From: Sedimenticola sp.
GTDB taxonomy: Bacteria; Pseudomonadota; Gammaproteobacteria; Chromatiales; Chromatiaceae
DNA length: 55,507 bases
Reading direction: 5' to 3'
Assembly (NCBI GenBank): GCA_026984055.1
Contig: JALSSX010000164.1
Location: 1-55,507 of the forward strand
The position numbers and the translations under genes are program-made. Shown here piece after piece: positions 28,888 through 37,827 of the stretch; position 1 is the first letter of the stretch; every line of letters begins with the position of its first letter. Below the pieces are notes generated by a model. The model saw only the letters and a list, made by a program, of their open reading frames with translations. It made no database searches and had not been told where the DNA came from.

Positions 28888-29637
28888 ATGATCCCGATGA
28901 ATGACGAAACCCTGCTGCGCTATAGTCGCCAGATCATGCTGCCGCGGATCGATGTGGCGGGCCAGCAGCGCCTGTTCGATTCAAGCGTGCTGATCATCGG
29001 TGTCGGCGGACTGGGATCGCCGGTGGCTTTGTATCTCACGGGCTGTGGCGTTGGTGAGATTCATCTGGCCGATCCCGATCGGGTCGACAGCAGTAACCTG
29101 CCGCGTCAGATCGCGCATGTCGCCAGCGCGATCGGCAAACCGAAGGTGGCATCGGCCCGCCGGCGCATGCTGGCACTGAATCCGGAGGTGGTGGTGCATG
29201 CGCGCGCCGAGACGTTACAGGGCGAGGTGTTGGATGAGGCTGTTGCCGGTGTCGATCTGGTGCTGGATTGTGCCGACAGCCTGGAGGCGCGCAAGGCCAT
29301 CAATCGTGCCTGTCGCGCCGCCGGCAAGCCGCTGGTCTCCGCTGCGGCGATCCGTTGGGAGGGGCAGATCAGTGTATTCGATGCGCGCGTGCCGGACTGC
29401 CCGTGCTACGAGTGTGTGTATGGCGCCTTGGGTGGCGTAGCCGACACCTGTAGCAAGAACGGTGTGATGGGGCCAGTGGTCGGCATGCTTGGCTGCATGC
29501 AGGCAAGCGAGGCGGTGAAGCTGTTGTGTGGCGTCGGTGAATCATTGGCTGGGCGGTTGTTGCTGATCGACGCGCTGGCGATGCGTGTCCAGGAGGTATG
29601 CCTGCCGCGCAATCCGGATTGCCCGGTGTGCGGCTAG
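28888..29637 (+). CDS. moeB: HesA/MoeB/ThiF-family E1-like adenylyltransferase
   Basis: 249 aa. RYSRQIMLP..G..GQ..L, nucleotide loop GVGGLGS, and two CxxC pairs (CPCYEC, CPVCG). Confidence 0.85.
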   Translation: MIPMNDETLLRYSRQIMLPRIDVAGQQRLFDSSVLIIGVGGLGSPVALYLTGCGVGEIHLADPDRVDSSNLPRQIAHVASAIGKPKVASARRRMLALNPEVVVHARAETLQGEVLDEAVAGVDLVLDCADSLEARKAINRACRAAGKPLVSAAAIRWEGQISVFDARVPDCPCYECVYGALGGVADTCSKNGVMGPVVGMLGCMQASEAVKLLCGVGESLAGRLLLIDALAMRVQEVCLPRNPDCPVCG

Positions 29638-29817
29638 CCCGGATTTCTCACCCGTTCACGACTGCGACCGCCCAATGCGGCGCGCTGACTGGCGTTCACT
29701 CGGTCGGGCGGCTCAACGTAGTGTCGACTACGCCTGCGAAGCCCTCGGTCGCGAACGCCAGCCATCACACCACCTTGAGCGGCCTCGCTAAGCGACCCGG
29801 TGAGAAATCCGGGCTAG
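29634..29817 (+). mobile_element. family-A MITE-like element (176-bp body), flanked by CTAG/CTAG
   Basis: Best-preserved A copy with perfect 15-bp TIRs. Both CTAG flanks serve as stop codons of the convergent neighbouring genes. Confidence 0.9.
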
Positions 29818-31811
29818 CCCTGGCTGACCACCTTGGCCTTGGAATCCAGCGCGGGGGTGATCACCCCCATGCGTTCGCTGATGGCCGAGTGCGGCCGGCC
29901 GAGGCGCATCTCGTAGAGAATCAGATAGCTCATCACGCGGCGCACATAGCCACGGGTTTCATGAAAGGGGATCGATTCGACCCAGATATCGGCATCGATG
30001 GGGGTCTCCGGCAACCAGCGTTTGACGCGGCGGGGGCCAGCATTGTAGGCCGCCGTGGCGAGCACGATGCTGTCGCCGAGTTGCCGTTTTACCTTATTCA
30101 GATAACCGGCGCCCAGCGCGATATTGGTTTCGGCCTTCAGTAGGTCGGCACGACGCGGTTTCTTGCGTTTTAGCTCGCGGGCAATCAGCCGCGCGGTCGC
30201 CGGCATCAACTGCATCAGGCCGGTTGCGCCGGTGCGCGAGCGGGCGTCATGCATGAAGGCGCTTTCCTGGCGGACCACGGCAAAGACCCAAGCGTCATCA
30301 AGGTCGTTGTGTTCGGCCTGATCGTGAATGGTTTCGCGATGGCGCAGTGGAAAACGCAGTTCCAGGTCGTCCCAATAGCCGGTGCGCGCCAGCGTGAAGA
30401 TCGCGCGATCCAGCCAGCCCCGACGTTGCGCCAACTTCGCCGCGGCCTGAAGTCGGGCGACCGGCATGTCGGCGGTGAATTCACGCCATTCGCGGCGTGC
30501 ATCGGTGGTGCGGTTCAGCGCGTATAGCTCGCGCATGCGCGCCAGCGCCGGAGCGTGCTGGATGTCCGCCAGCGAGGCATCGCTGACCGCGACCGGGTTG
30601 TTCAGTAGGTTGTAGTCGGCGCCGATGTGGTCGGCGGCGAGAAAGCCATAGTAGCCGCGTTCCCTGGCGACCTCGGCGTAGAGCTTTTTTGCCTCTGCCT
30701 GGATGCCGACGGCTTCCAGCGCGCGGGCTTTCCAGTAGCGCCAACGTTCGGATTCCCGGGTCTGTTCGGGCAGGGAGGTCAGCCAGCGTAGCAGGCGGGG
30801 CCAGTCGCGCTTGGCGATGGCTGCGCGCAGGCGACGTTCGTGCAGTTTGATGTTGTCGCCTGGGTCTATCCGGTCGAGGAATTCAAGCGCCTTGGGATGC
30901 TTGTCCGCGAGTAGGCGAAAGCCGAGTTTTATGGCCAGTCGCCGTCGCGTGGCGTCGGGTAAGGCGAGGCGTTTCGTCAATGTGCTCCACTGTTTCAACA
31001 CGCCGGCGCTATCCTTGCGGATGAGTTTCGCCACTACCGGGGGGTAGGCGACATCGTGGAGTTTGTGTTGTGGCAGGCGTTGCCTGTCGTCCAACAATTG
31101 CGTGGGCTTGGCCATCAGCTTCAGCCACGTCCGGGCGAAGCGCTTGTCGCGCCTCGACATCTGTTTCGCCAAATGACGCACCAGCTTCGTCGAGCCCGCG
31201 GCCATCGCCAGGCGGGTACGCTGGCGGAGCAATGCGGGCGTCAGTTTGCCGCGCGCCATCCAGTCGTTGAAAACCGGATCGCAGGCCTTTGGACGGTTCT
31301 TGCCGCTGAGCCACAACTTGGGTACTTGCTTGTATGCGATGGCTCGGCGACCGGTATGGATCAGCGCGTTCAGGTAATGACATTGACGGCTGATGCTGTT
31401 GTCCTTCCGATAGCCCTTCAGAAAGTCATACCACTGCTGGCGGGCGGCCTTCAGGTTCAGCCATTGGCGTCGCAGCAGCGTCGGCAATGGGGTGTCTCGG
31501 TAGTTCTCTTCGAAGCGGATCAGTTTGGCTGGGGGCAGGCTGGCGAGCCGTCGGCGGTGTTCGGCGTAGATCAGGTAGGGGTAGAGGGGGTAGTTGGTCA
31601 GTTCTGCCTTGAGCCGGCGGTAGCTTGTCTTGTCGCCGGCCTTCAACGCCTCTTCGGCTTGCAGGAATCGCTCGCGTTGCAGTGCAGACGAGGCTTCCCC
31701 GGCGATGGCGTTTCCTGACGGGCCGCCGCCGATCAGGACAACGAGCAAGGCGGTGAGGATTGCCGCCGGACGAGCCGCATGAAACAATGACTCGGCTATG
31801 CGCATGGTCAT
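29814..31811 (-). CDS. slt: soluble lytic murein transglycosylase (Slt70-like)
   Basis: About 665 aa from the ATG at 31811 (or 31805). Signal sequence, superhelical U-domain repeats, and a C-terminal SLT domain (ESAF..DA.S..GA.GLMQLMP.TA, AYNAGP). Confidence 0.9.
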   Translation of the reverse strand: MTMRIAESLFHAARPAAILTALLVVLIGGGPSGNAIAGEASSALQRERFLQAEEALKAGDKTSYRRLKAELTNYPLYPYLIYAEHRRRLASLPPAKLIRFEENYRDTPLPTLLRRQWLNLKAARQQWYDFLKGYRKDNSISRQCHYLNALIHTGRRAIAYKQVPKLWLSGKNRPKACDPVFNDWMARGKLTPALLRQRTRLAMAAGSTKLVRHLAKQMSRRDKRFARTWLKLMAKPTQLLDDRQRLPQHKLHDVAYPPVVAKLIRKDSAGVLKQWSTLTKRLALPDATRRRLAIKLGFRLLADKHPKALEFLDRIDPGDNIKLHERRLRAAIAKRDWPRLLRWLTSLPEQTRESERWRYWKARALEAVGIQAEAKKLYAEVARERGYYGFLAADHIGADYNLLNNPVAVSDASLADIQHAPALARMRELYALNRTTDARREWREFTADMPVARLQAAAKLAQRRGWLDRAIFTLARTGYWDDLELRFPLRHRETIHDQAEHNDLDDAWVFAVVRQESAFMHDARSRTGATGLMQLMPATARLIARELKRKKPRRADLLKAETNIALGAGYLNKVKRQLGDSIVLATAAYNAGPRRVKRWLPETPIDADIWVESIPFHETRGYVRRVMSYLILYEMRLGRPHSAISERMGVITPALDSKAKVVSQG

Positions 31812-31893
31812 CCTCGAAACGGTGTTGGGTGAAAGGATAACGGCTCGGCGGATGAAATCATGAGTTTCTTTCCTGATCTTACGGAAATGCCTT

Positions 31894-32586
31894 ATGCGAA
31901 ACATGCCTGAATACTGTGTCGTGCGCAATCCCCGCGTGCGTGCCTTGCGCTTGAAGCTGTTTCCAAACGGCACTCTGCAAGTCGTTGCGCCAAAGGATAT
32001 CGGCCCGCGCGCGATCGAACGCTTCGTCGCGCGTAACCTGGATTGGGTGGCGCGCAAGCGCGGTGATTTGTGCGAGCAGCCTGTCATAGGTTTGCCGGGT
32101 AGGGTGGATCTGGCGGCGGTCGGTGAGTGTTGGCGGTTGGCGTGGGATTCAGGCGCGCTTGGCGTTGATGCGACGGAACGGCTGCTGAGAATCCCGCATG
32201 CGCGCACCACCCCGGCCGGTCAGGAATGCCTGCGCCAGTGGTTGCTGGCGCGCGCCCGCGCCAGGTTGACCCCGTGGCTCCGGCGCGTCAGTGACGACAC
32301 CGGTCTGGGTTTCGCACGCATGCAGGTTCGTACCCAGAAGACCCGCTGGGGAAGCTGCTCGTCGCGTGGCACGATCAGCCTGAATGCCCGCATGCTGCTA
32401 TTGCCAGCGCATCTGGTCGACTATCTGTTGGTCCACGAGTTGTGTCATACGCGGCATATGCATCATGGCGCATCCTTCTGGGTGTTGGTCGAGGCGCATT
32501 GCCCGGGCTATCGCGCCGCTGAGCGTGAGTTGACTGTCATCGGGCGCCAACTGCCGATGTGGAGTTATTTCTATCCGTTAGCGTGA
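31894..32586 (+). CDS. ygjP: M48-family metallopeptidase / YgjP-like (DUF45) protein
   Basis: 230 aa. WGSCS....I.LN..L and the HELCH zinc motif. Confidence 0.8.
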   Translation: MRNMPEYCVVRNPRVRALRLKLFPNGTLQVVAPKDIGPRAIERFVARNLDWVARKRGDLCEQPVIGLPGRVDLAAVGECWRLAWDSGALGVDATERLLRIPHARTTPAGQECLRQWLLARARARLTPWLRRVSDDTGLGFARMQVRTQKTRWGSCSSRGTISLNARMLLLPAHLVDYLLVHELCHTRHMHHGASFWVLVEAHCPGYRAAERELTVIGRQLPMWSYFYPLA

Positions 32587-32590
32587 AGGT

Positions 32591-32685
32591 GCGTGCGCGG
32601 TTGCCTGTGGTCCGTCCGCGGAAACGCCATGAATACGTCCTTGTGGCCTTTCGCCTCGGCCTGACCCACGGGGAAGTGGGGAATG
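32591..32685 (+). repeat. family-D repeat
   Basis: About 95 nt aligning with 38966..39060 and, in reverse, with 10008..10072. Confidence 0.65.
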
Positions 32686-32698
32686 CTGAAAATGCCGG

Positions 32699-32882
32699 CT
32701 AGCCCGGATTTCTCACCCATTCACTACTGCGACCGCCCAATGCGGCGTGCTGACTGGCGTTCACTCGGTCCGGCGGCTCAACGTAGTGTCGACTATGCCT
32801 GCGCGGCCCTCGGTCGCGAACGCCAGCCATTACACCACCTTGAGCGGCCTCGCTACGCGACCCGGTGAGAAATTCGGGCTAG
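32699..32882 (+). mobile_element. family-A MITE-like element (176-bp body), flanked by CTAG/CTAG
   Basis: Full-length A copy with a few substitutions relative to 29634..29817. Confidence 0.85.
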
Positions 32883-32957
32883 CACCTCTCGGGGGAGCTC
32901 GCGGGCATCGATTTTTTCTTTTGGCTGTGACCAGTTGTAGGCAACGGGCCGGAGAGC

Positions 32958-33008
32958 TTAACAGGCCGTTGAAAAAGTCCATGGAAGGACTTTTCAGCAT
33001 CCTGTTAA
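32958..33008 (+). mobile_element. family-B minimal derivative (43-bp single hairpin), flanked by TTAA/TTAA
   Basis: CAGGCCGTTGAAAAAGTCC-loop-GGACTTTTCAGCATCCTG. It carries only the two B termini. Confidence 0.7.
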
Positions 33009-33163
33009 TGAGATCTCGAAAAATGCCTTTCATGGGGTTTTTCTCGTTGCAAAGAGAAAATGCGATTTCCGCTTTGCCCACATTTTCCATCACTTATCGT
33101 GATCGAAAAGCGTGGGACAACCCCGTCTCACTCGGGCATCTCGATTTTTGGAGATGCCCTTAA
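33005..33163 (+). mobile_element. family-C MITE-like element (151-bp body), flanked by TTAA/TTAA
   Basis: Most complete C copy. Termini are TGAG(GGC)ATCTC.AAAAAT inverted repeats with a terminal 8-9 bp hairpin GGGCATCT...AGATGCCC. Confidence 0.8.
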
Positions 33164-33368
33164 CGTCCGTCCCGTGCTTGGTTGATCGAGATTTATCGTT
33201 GCCACCGACCACTATCGATCATTTACTCCCGCACGCCGTTTTTTGATTCATCGTGATGCGTCATCAATCCGGCGATCGGCGTCAGGCAGCGCGATCCGAT
33301 GCGCCACTATCCCGCCACTCCCTCCGTCTTTCTTTGTAACGTACTGAATTATAGATAGAAACAAATTT

Positions 33369-33384
33369 TGGCATTGCTCTTGCT
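33369..33384 (+). promoter_or_regulatory. sigma-54 (RpoN) type promoter upstream of fliL
   Basis: TGGCAT-N5-TTGCT with canonical -24 GG / -12 GC spacing, about 30 nt upstream of the fliL ATG. Confidence 0.55.
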
Positions 33385-33414
33385 TTCACCTTGAAAAACA
33401 GATGGGAGAAGCAC

Positions 33415-33948
33415 ATGGCTGAAAACGAAGATCTCGATCTTGGCGAGGAAGGTAAGGGTTCGAAGAAGAAGTTGATCATCATCATCGTCCTGGCACTGGT
33501 ATTGCTCGGCGGTGGTGGTGGCGCGGCCTGGTTCTTTCTGATGGGCGACGAACCGCCGCCACAAGGCGAGCAGGCGACCGCTCGGAAAGATGCGGGGGAA
33601 GAGGATGGCGAAGCGGAGGATGAGAACGCGCCGCCGATCTATCACCAGTTCAAGCCTGTATTCGTCGTTTCCCTGCCACCGGGTGGCAAGCAGAAGATGC
33701 TACAACTGGAACTCCAGGTGCTGACTCACCAAGCGAAGGTCGATGATTTCCTGACCACCAACGATCCGATGGTGCGCCACCATATCCTGAACCTGCTTTC
33801 TGAGCAGACGGGTGAGATGCTGGATGGCGCCGAGGGAAAGCAGCGGTTGCGCCAGGCGATCATCGACAAGATCAAACAGTTGATGAAAGAGAACGGTAAG
33901 CGTGGCGAGGTCGACAATGTCTTCTTCAGCCAGTTCGTCCTGCAATAG
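33415..33948 (+). CDS. fliL: flagellar basal body-associated protein FliL
   Basis: 177 aa from the ATG at 33415 (GGGAGAAG RBS). One TM helix, and the conserved F.VNL......L......... core. Confidence 0.85.
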   Translation: MAENEDLDLGEEGKGSKKKLIIIIVLALVLLGGGGGAAWFFLMGDEPPPQGEQATARKDAGEEDGEAEDENAPPIYHQFKPVFVVSLPPGGKQKMLQLELQVLTHQAKVDDFLTTNDPMVRHHILNLLSEQTGEMLDGAEGKQRLRQAIIDKIKQLMKENGKRGEVDNVFFSQFVLQ

Positions 33949-33960
33949 GCGCCATCGAGG

Positions 33961-35004
33961 ATGAGCGGAAACGATCTGCTGTCGCAGGACGAAATCGATG
34001 CGCTGTTGCATGGCGTCGATTCCGGCGAGGTTGAGACAGAAAACGACGACAGCCCGCCGGGCGAGGCGCGCGGCTACGACTTCGCCAGCCAAGACCGTAT
34101 CGTTCGCGGTCGTTTGCCGACGCTGGAGATGATCAATGAGCGCTTCGCGCGTTACTACCGCACGAATATGTTCAATATGCTGCGGCGCACGGCGGACATC
34201 GCTGCTTCCGGCGTGAAGATGATGAAGTTCTCCGAGTTCATACACACACTGTTCGTGCCGACCAGCTTGAACATCGTTCGTATCCATCCGCTGCGAGGCA
34301 AGGCGCTGTGTGTGTTCGATCCAAAGTTGGTGTTCAGCGTGGTGGATAACTACTTCGGCGGCAGCGGTCGTTTCCACGCGAAGATCGAAGGGCGCGATTT
34401 TACGCCAACCGAGAATCGCGTGGTGCGCACCTTGCTGGAGATGGCCTTCGATGACCTGCGCGAGGCATGGAAGCCGGTGCTGGAGGTCGAGTTCGAATAC
34501 CAGAGTACCGAGGTCAACCCGCAGTTTGCGAATATCGTCAGCCCGTCGGAGGTCGTCGTCGTGACGACCTACAATCTGGATCTGGAAAATGGCGGTGGTG
34601 AGTTCCATGTCGTTTTGCCATACGCGATGCTCGAACCGATTCGCGATCTGCTGGACGCTGGCATCCAGAGTGATCGCGGCGAGAAGGACGAACGCTGGGA
34701 GGTGGCATTGCGCGCCGAGATCGTCGAGGCCGAGTTGGAACTGTGCGTCGAACTGGCGAATGTGTCCACCTCGTTGCGGCGGCTGGCTGCCTACGAGATC
34801 GGTGACATCATTCCCTTCGACAAGCCCGATCAAGTCGAAGTGACTACGCATGGCTTACCGATATTCGCCGGCGAGCTGGGTCTGAGCAGCGGTAACTATG
34901 CGGTGAAACTGAACGACTGGATCATCCACGAACAGGCCGGCATGACGATGAACATCGATGAATTGAAGAAAGCGGCGGAAGCCGAAAGAGCAATGGCGGA
35001 ATAA
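33961..35004 (+). CDS. fliM: flagellar motor switch protein FliM
   Basis: 347 aa. N-terminal LSQDEIDALL CheY-P binding motif. Confidence 0.95.
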   Translation: MSGNDLLSQDEIDALLHGVDSGEVETENDDSPPGEARGYDFASQDRIVRGRLPTLEMINERFARYYRTNMFNMLRRTADIAASGVKMMKFSEFIHTLFVPTSLNIVRIHPLRGKALCVFDPKLVFSVVDNYFGGSGRFHAKIEGRDFTPTENRVVRTLLEMAFDDLREAWKPVLEVEFEYQSTEVNPQFANIVSPSEVVVVTTYNLDLENGGGEFHVVLPYAMLEPIRDLLDAGIQSDRGEKDERWEVALRAEIVEAELELCVELANVSTSLRRLAAYEIGDIIPFDKPDQVEVTTHGLPIFAGELGLSSGNYAVKLNDWIIHEQAGMTMNIDELKKAAEAERAMAE

Positions 35005-35007
35005 ACG

Positions 35008-35439
35008 ATGAGCGATCAGGAACAGGATCCGAACGAAGCATTGGCGGACGAGTGGGCCGCTGCGCTGGAAGAACAGGGTGATGAGGGCGATGCCGCCGTG
35101 GAAGGTGGCATGGCGGTCGGGGACGACAATGCCTCCTTCGATGAATTGCAAGCCGATAACAACGGTTGCGCCGATTCCGATGTGAATCTGCAGGCGATTC
35201 TCGACGTGCCGGTGACCTTGTCGATGGAAATCGGCCGCACGCGCATCAAGATCCGTAACCTGTTGCAACTGAATCAGGGTTCGGTGGTCGAGTTGGACCG
35301 TCTTGCCGGCGAGCCGATGGACGTGCTGGTTAACGGCACCTTGGTCGCGCAGGGCGAGGTCGTCGTGGTGAACGAGAAATTTGGCATCCGTCTGACCGAC
35401 ATCATCAGCCCCGCCGACCGCATCACCCAACTGAAGTAG
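35008..35439 (+). CDS. fliN: flagellar motor switch protein FliN
   Basis: 143 aa. Acidic N-terminus, and C-terminal SpoA domain LD.PV.L..E.GR....I..LL.L..GSV..LD. Confidence 0.95.
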   Translation: MSDQEQDPNEALADEWAAALEEQGDEGDAAVEGGMAVGDDNASFDELQADNNGCADSDVNLQAILDVPVTLSMEIGRTRIKIRNLLQLNQGSVVELDRLAGEPMDVLVNGTLVAQGEVVVVNEKFGIRLTDIISPADRITQLK

Positions 35440-35443
35440 TGCG

Positions 35444-35863
35444 ATGAGAAAAACGGTTGCGGCAATGGTTCTGTTGATAGTAACGCATGGCGCGCTGGCT
35501 GGCGTTCCGCTTGGCGTGTCGGATAACCCGCTGGCCAAGGGCGTGAAGCAAGGGCTGGATGGCGCCGGCATTGGTGGCATGCTACTCAGCCTGCTGCTGG
35601 TCGTCGCGATGATCCTCGCCTTGGCTTGGCTGGCGCGGCGCATGCAGAACCTGCCGCGCGGCGGTCGTGGCGGTTTGAAAGTGCTTGGCGGCGTATCCCT
35701 GGGCACACGCGAGCGCGCGGTGATCCTGGAGTTCGAAGGCAGGCGTCTGCTGGTCGGCGTCGCGCCGGGGCAGGTACGTCTGCTGGATGCCGTCGAGGCG
35801 CCGGCATCCTTTGCCGATGATCTCGACCGGAGCTTGGCGAGCGGCGATGGAGAGTCTCGATGA
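35444..35863 (+). CDS. fliO: flagellar biosynthesis protein FliO
   Basis: 139 aa. Single TM segment, and position between fliN and fliP. Confidence 0.8.
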   Translation: MRKTVAAMVLLIVTHGALAGVPLGVSDNPLAKGVKQGLDGAGIGGMLLSLLLVVAMILALAWLARRMQNLPRGGRGGLKVLGGVSLGTRERAVILEFEGRRLLVGVAPGQVRLLDAVEAPASFADDLDRSLASGDGESR

Positions 35864-36606
35864 ATGTGCGGCAATGGTTGTTGCTGGCCGGCATCGCGCT
35901 ATTGAGCGGAGATCTGTTTGCCGCGAATGCCGGCTTGAATGCGATCACCGTCACGCCGACCGCCAACGGAGGTCAGACCTATTCGCTGAGCATTCAGGTG
36001 CTGTTGATGATGACCGCACTGAGCCTGTTGCCTGGCGCGTTGATGATGATGACCTCGTTCGCGCGCATCGTCATCGTCTTGTCGATCCTGCGACAGGCGC
36101 TGGGCACGGCGCAGACGCCGTCCAATCAGCTCTTGATCGGCCTGGCCCTGTTCCTGACCTTCTTCATCATGGCGCCGGTGTTCGACAAGGTATATAAGGA
36201 CGCGATCCAACCCTATCTGGAAGATGAGATCAGCGGCGAGCAGGCCTTCGATATCGGCAAGAAACCGTTGCATAAATTCATGCTGGCGCAGACACGTGAC
36301 GATGATCTGAATCTGTTTGCGCGCATCTCTGGGAATACCCAGATCGCAACGCCGGCGGATGTGCCATTTTCGTTGCTGATGCCGGCCTTTGCGACCAGCG
36401 AACTGAAGACCGCGTTCCAGATTGGCTTTCTGCTGTTCATCCCGTTTTTGATCATCGATCTCGTGGTATCCAGCGTGTTGATGTCGATGGGTATGATGAT
36501 GCTGTCGCCGATGATCATTTCGCTACCGTTCAAGATCATGCTGTTCGTATTGGTTGATGGCTGGAACCTGGTGATGGGTACCCTGGCATCCAGCTTCTTT
36601 ATTTGA
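35860..36606 (+). CDS. fliP: flagellar type III export apparatus protein FliP
   Basis: 248 aa. [16 protein letters not shown] and the MMMLSP motif. Confidence 0.95.
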   Translation: MNVRQWLLLAGIALLSGDLFAANAGLNAITVTPTANGGQTYSLSIQVLLMMTALSLLPGALMMMTSFARIVIVLSILRQALGTAQTPSNQLLIGLALFLTFFIMAPVFDKVYKDAIQPYLEDEISGEQAFDIGKKPLHKFMLAQTRDDDLNLFARISGNTQIATPADVPFSLLMPAFATSELKTAFQIGFLLFIPFLIIDLVVSSVLMSMGMMMLSPMIISLPFKIMLFVLVDGWNLVMGTLASSFFI

Positions 36607-36619
36607 GGGAGACATACGC

Positions 36620-36889
36620 ATGACACCGGAAATCGTTATCGAGGTCGGCCAGCAGGCATTGCGTATCACCGCGCTGCTGTCCGCGCCCATTCTCGGCTCG
36701 GCCTTGTTGATCGGATTGTTGGTTGCGATGTTCCAGGCCGCGACTCAGATCAACGAGATGACCCTGACCTTCATCCCAAAACTGCTGGTGATCGCCGTCG
36801 TACTGTTGATCACCGGGCCATGGATGCTACATCTGCTCGTCGATTACACCGAAGCGTTGATCGAAAACATCCCTTATCTGATCGGTTGA
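36620..36889 (+). CDS. fliQ: flagellar export apparatus protein FliQ
   Basis: 89 aa. Two TM helices, and the Q.NE.TL.F.PK motif. Confidence 0.95.
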   Translation: MTPEIVIEVGQQALRITALLSAPILGSALLIGLLVAMFQAATQINEMTLTFIPKLLVIAVVLLITGPWMLHLLVDYTEALIENIPYLIG

Positions 36890-36892
36890 TCC

Positions 36893-37669
36893 ATGTTGAC
36901 CGTCGGCGACGCGACCTTGTCCGCCTGGCTGGCCGGCTTCTTCTGGCCGCTGCTGCGCGTTGGCGCGCTGTTCTCGGTTGCGCCGATACTCGGCTACAAA
37001 CAGCCACCAGTACGCCTGCGCCTCGGTTTGGCGGTATTGATCGTGTTATTGATCCAGCCATTGATCCCACCGGCGCCGGTGGTCGATGTGTTCAGCGCGC
37101 GAGCCTTCACGATGCTGACGCAGCAATTACTGATCGGCCTGCTGATGGGCTTCATCCTGCAAATCGCTTTCGCCGCGTTGTCGTTTGGCGGTCAGGCGAT
37201 CGCTTTCGGCATGGGTCTGGGTTTCGCGAATATGGTCGACCCACAGAACGGCATCCAAGTGCCGGTCATATCGGCCTTCTTCACCCTGCTGGCGACACTG
37301 CTGTTTCTGCTCTTCAACGGCCATCTGATCCTTATCGAGATCCTGGCGCGGAGTTTCACCAGTGTGCCTATCGGTAGCTCCGCGATCGGGCCGCAACACT
37401 TCATGTCGGTGGTGAAATGGGGTAGCGAGATCTTTGCCGCCGGCCTGCTGATGGCTTTGCCGGTGATCGCTGCCTTGTTGTTGGTGAACATTGGCATGGG
37501 CGTCATCACCCGCGCCGCGCCGCAGATGAATATCTTTGCGATCGGCTTTCCGATAACCATTCTGCTGGGTCTGGCCCTGCTGTGGCTGACTTTGCCAAGC
37601 ATTTTCGATGGCTTCGTCTTGTTGTTGGGTCGTGGCTTCGATCTGATTCAGCAACTGCTCGGCATTTGA
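36893..37669 (+). CDS. fliR: flagellar export apparatus protein FliR
   Basis: 258 aa polytopic membrane protein in the conserved position. Confidence 0.9.
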   Translation: MLTVGDATLSAWLAGFFWPLLRVGALFSVAPILGYKQPPVRLRLGLAVLIVLLIQPLIPPAPVVDVFSARAFTMLTQQLLIGLLMGFILQIAFAALSFGGQAIAFGMGLGFANMVDPQNGIQVPVISAFFTLLATLLFLLFNGHLILIEILARSFTSVPIGSSAIGPQHFMSVVKWGSEIFAAGLLMALPVIAALLLVNIGMGVITRAAPQMNIFAIGFPITILLGLALLWLTLPSIFDGFVLLLGRGFDLIQQLLGI

Positions 37670-37699
37670 ATGGAAGGGCGACTTTCACGCTATTCATCT

Positions 37700-37810
37700 T
37701 GAGGGCATCTCAAAAAATCGAGATGCCCGAGTGGGACGGGGATGTCCCACCCTTTTCGATCACGATAAGTGATGGAAAATGTGAGCAAAGAGGCGATCGC
37801 ATTTTGAGAT
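37700..37810 (-). mobile_element. family-C element, internally deleted copy between fliR and flhB
   Basis: Aligns to the reverse complement of 33053..33159, then jumps to the far terminus (..CGCATTTTGAGAT). Confidence 0.7.
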
Positions 37811-37827
37811 AGGTTGGAGAGATACAT

